Origin: an uncultured Rubripirellula sp.
Lineage (GTDB): Bacteria; Planctomycetota; Planctomycetia; Pirellulales; Pirellulaceae
DNA: 64,000 nt
Direction: 5' to 3'
Assembly: GCA_938085445.1 (NCBI GenBank)
Contig: CALKGR010000004.1
Span: 32,001 to 96,000 of the forward strand
The notes under the pieces are model-generated. The model ran no database searches and was not told the origin of the DNA. It saw nothing but the letters and a program-made list of their open reading frames with translations. The position numbers and the translations under genes are program-made. Shown here piece by piece: positions 62,145-64,000 of the stretch (its first letter is position 1; every line of letters starts with the position of its first letter).

Positions 62145-62870
62145 TCACTGCTTCGGTCCCTCAGGTTCTCCCGGTTCATCATCTTGTGCCGCGGGTGGCT
62201 CAACATCCTTGTCCTGCCGAGCCTCGCTGGCTGACTCATTACTAGGTGGAGCGGCATCAGAAGCCGGCTCAATGCCAGCGGATGGATCTCCTACCGGCTC
62301 AACACTGGCCGTCGCAGTGGCCTGTTGTCGCTGTTCCAATTGGCGAACTGCACTCCTCAGCGATTCCAACAGACGGGGAACTTGACCAGCGGAGACAAAG
62401 ACTCGGGCGCTCACTGCCGACTGTGGGAAAAAGCTGGTCAGAAAATCCAGCCCGAACTCACTGGCACCGTGGCCAATCATCACACCGTTGGCATAAACGC
62501 CGCTAAGCACCTCATCGGGTAGCTTTAGATCGTCGTAAATTTCTTGGGGTGTTGGTCGCCGAGCCTGATTCTGATTTTGCGGCGGTGTCGGCGGTTCTCC
62601 GAAACGGGATTTGTAAAGATCGAGGTTTGTATTCAGAGCATCAATGAACTGCGGCATCACAGGGTGGGGCACAATGACTCGGCGAGCCACACGGTGGGGC
62701 CGTCCGATCGTCTGCAGAAAATCGACTACATACTCACTTGGACCAGTCATCACGATCGCCCCAGTGCTGAAGCAACCGTCAGCCACATGATCCGGAACAC
62801 GTGCCCTGAGTGCAGGATTACCCTCATTCGGGTCAGGGCGATCAGCCTGCGATGGAGAATCTGAGGACAT
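62145..62870 (-). CDS. Tandem DUF3467-like domain protein
   Basis: Two homologous halves GCFSTGAIV....SEYVVDFL and GVYANGVMI....SEFGLDFL; acidic disordered tail. Confidence 0.75.
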   Translation of the reverse strand: MSSDSPSQADRPDPNEGNPALRARVPDHVADGCFSTGAIVMTGPSEYVVDFLQTIGRPHRVARRVIVPHPVMPQFIDALNTNLDLYKSRFGEPPTPPQNQNQARRPTPQEIYDDLKLPDEVLSGVYANGVMIGHGASEFGLDFLTSFFPQSAVSARVFVSAGQVPRLLESLRSAVRQLEQRQQATATASVEPVGDPSAGIEPASDAAPPSNESASEARQDKDVEPPAAQDDEPGEPEGPKQ

Positions 62871-63224
62871 GCGTTTTGCACCCAGTTTGACGTGAAAAAA
62901 CTCGTAAAACAACTATCCGAGAAGCGTCTTTCCTTCAACCAACCTGCTAACTACCTCTCTACGCTCTCATTTTAAACATCTCAACCAAAACGCCCACCCC
63001 CGAGGCTTAAATGCCCAAACGCCTTATCTTCCCACGCAATTTGGCATAAACCGCTATCAACAAACACCACTCGGGATACCCTGCAGAATTCGATGCCGTA
63101 ACCTCAACCTCGACAACTTAACTGACGTCATCAAGATTCGTCCGTTCCGGCATTTTCAAGGCCATTTTGGCCGGAAACTCACACTCGCTTAAAGCAAAGG
63201 CCTGAAAGCCAATCGCTTCCAGCG

Positions 63225-64000
63225 TTATCCTCGCCTCCTCTTTTCCAACTTCATCTTTTCCTGCTCCTCCCGCACGCGCTCTGGTGTGGCTGTTCGGCGA
63301 GGCCTCACCAATGCCGGGTTCAAAAACATGATTGCCAATAGCCCAAACGCGTTAACGATTCCCATAGCCTTTATGACCCCGTAACAATCGACGCCATCTG
63401 CAATGCTGTAGAGAGTCCAAATCCAATTGGCCGCTTGCCAACCGGAATAGGGAAAATCGAGAAAGTCGTTGAAATAGAGTTCAGTCCCGTACGGCCCAAG
63501 AGCTGCGAAAAGAGCCACAACCACCAAGGCAGCAAAACCGACCTCAACACGAGGATTGTTTTTACGACGCAGTAACCGCATCAATCCATAAACGAGTAAT
63601 AAACCACTGGTCAGGTACGAAGCTGCTGCCAATATGAACTGGAGCAGGATTCTATGTTCACTCATGCGTAATGCGCCATCCACGGTGTGGAAGATCGTAC
63701 CACCTACCACCAGACCGGCCAGCAACCACACGTTTAGCATCGAGAAAACCAACCCTGTTACAGGACCGGGAGCCAACCAAGTGAATGTTGCTCGGGCCAA
63801 AAAACTCTGAGGTAGATCTCTCTGCACCTTGGGTGTCAAAACCGCTGACTCAGAAACCAACATGGCACTGGCCAACACCCACAGCAACATCAAGCACGTG
63901 CCCCCCAACAGTAAAACTTCTGTCCCTTCTAAGGACTGCGAACTTCCAAGCGTAACCCATAAGATGACAGTCGCGTTGACAACCAACAGGGCGATACGAA
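63225..64000 (-). CDS. Membrane protein, probably ABC-2-type permease C-terminal part (start lies beyond the window)
   Basis: Multi-TM frame running in from the window edge; PGP.TG motif; RRTATPERV tail. Confidence 0.6.
   Translation of the reverse strand, partial: RIALLVVNATVILWVTLGSSQSLEGTEVLLLGGTCLMLLWVLASAMLVSESAVLTPKVQRDLPQSFLARATFTWLAPGPVTGLVFSMLNVWLLAGLVVGGTIFHTVDGALRMSEHRILLQFILAAASYLTSGLLLVYGLMRLLRRKNNPRVEVGFAALVVVALFAALGPYGTELYFNDFLDFPYSGWQAANWIWTLYSIADGVDCYGVIKAMGIVNAFGLLAIMFLNPALVRPRRTATPERVREEQEKMKLEKRRRG

Noticed and set aside
1..64000. Genome-wide reassignment of TGA as a sense codon
   Set aside because: Several genes (MMPL, mutL, PhoD-like, sulfite oxidase) end at TGA at sensible C-termini, and Trp is encoded by TGG

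Overview
Chromosomal window from a planctomycete, most likely Pirellulaceae. This rests on lineage-typical features: an RRLxLExLExRxLL extracellular signature, SHD1, DUF1573 and DUF3467 domains, several sulfatases, Tat-exported Gfo/Idh/MocA and PQQ-propeller proteins. It holds about 41 protein-coding genes, mixing housekeeping genes (glgC, mutL, pckA, maf, an HtrA protease) with exported hydrolases/oxidoreductases, transporters and a 2185-aa surface protein with 14 DUF11 repeats. I saw no rRNA, tRNA, CRISPR, transposase or phage genes. The main finding is missed by the ORF track: the gene called at 39223 appears to start at 38941 and read through an in-frame TGA (39088-39090) at the first-cysteine position of a thioredoxin motif (U-P-P-C). 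A stem-loop follows the TGA, so this is a candidate exported selenoprotein with a thioredoxin-helical-SHD1 architecture. Also found: a reconstructable GGDEF pseudogene beside an atypical response regulator, a ~145-nt rod-like inverted repeat, strict A/B alternation of the DUF11 repeats, and several short tandem duplications. All family assignments come from motif recognition by eye; no database search was run.
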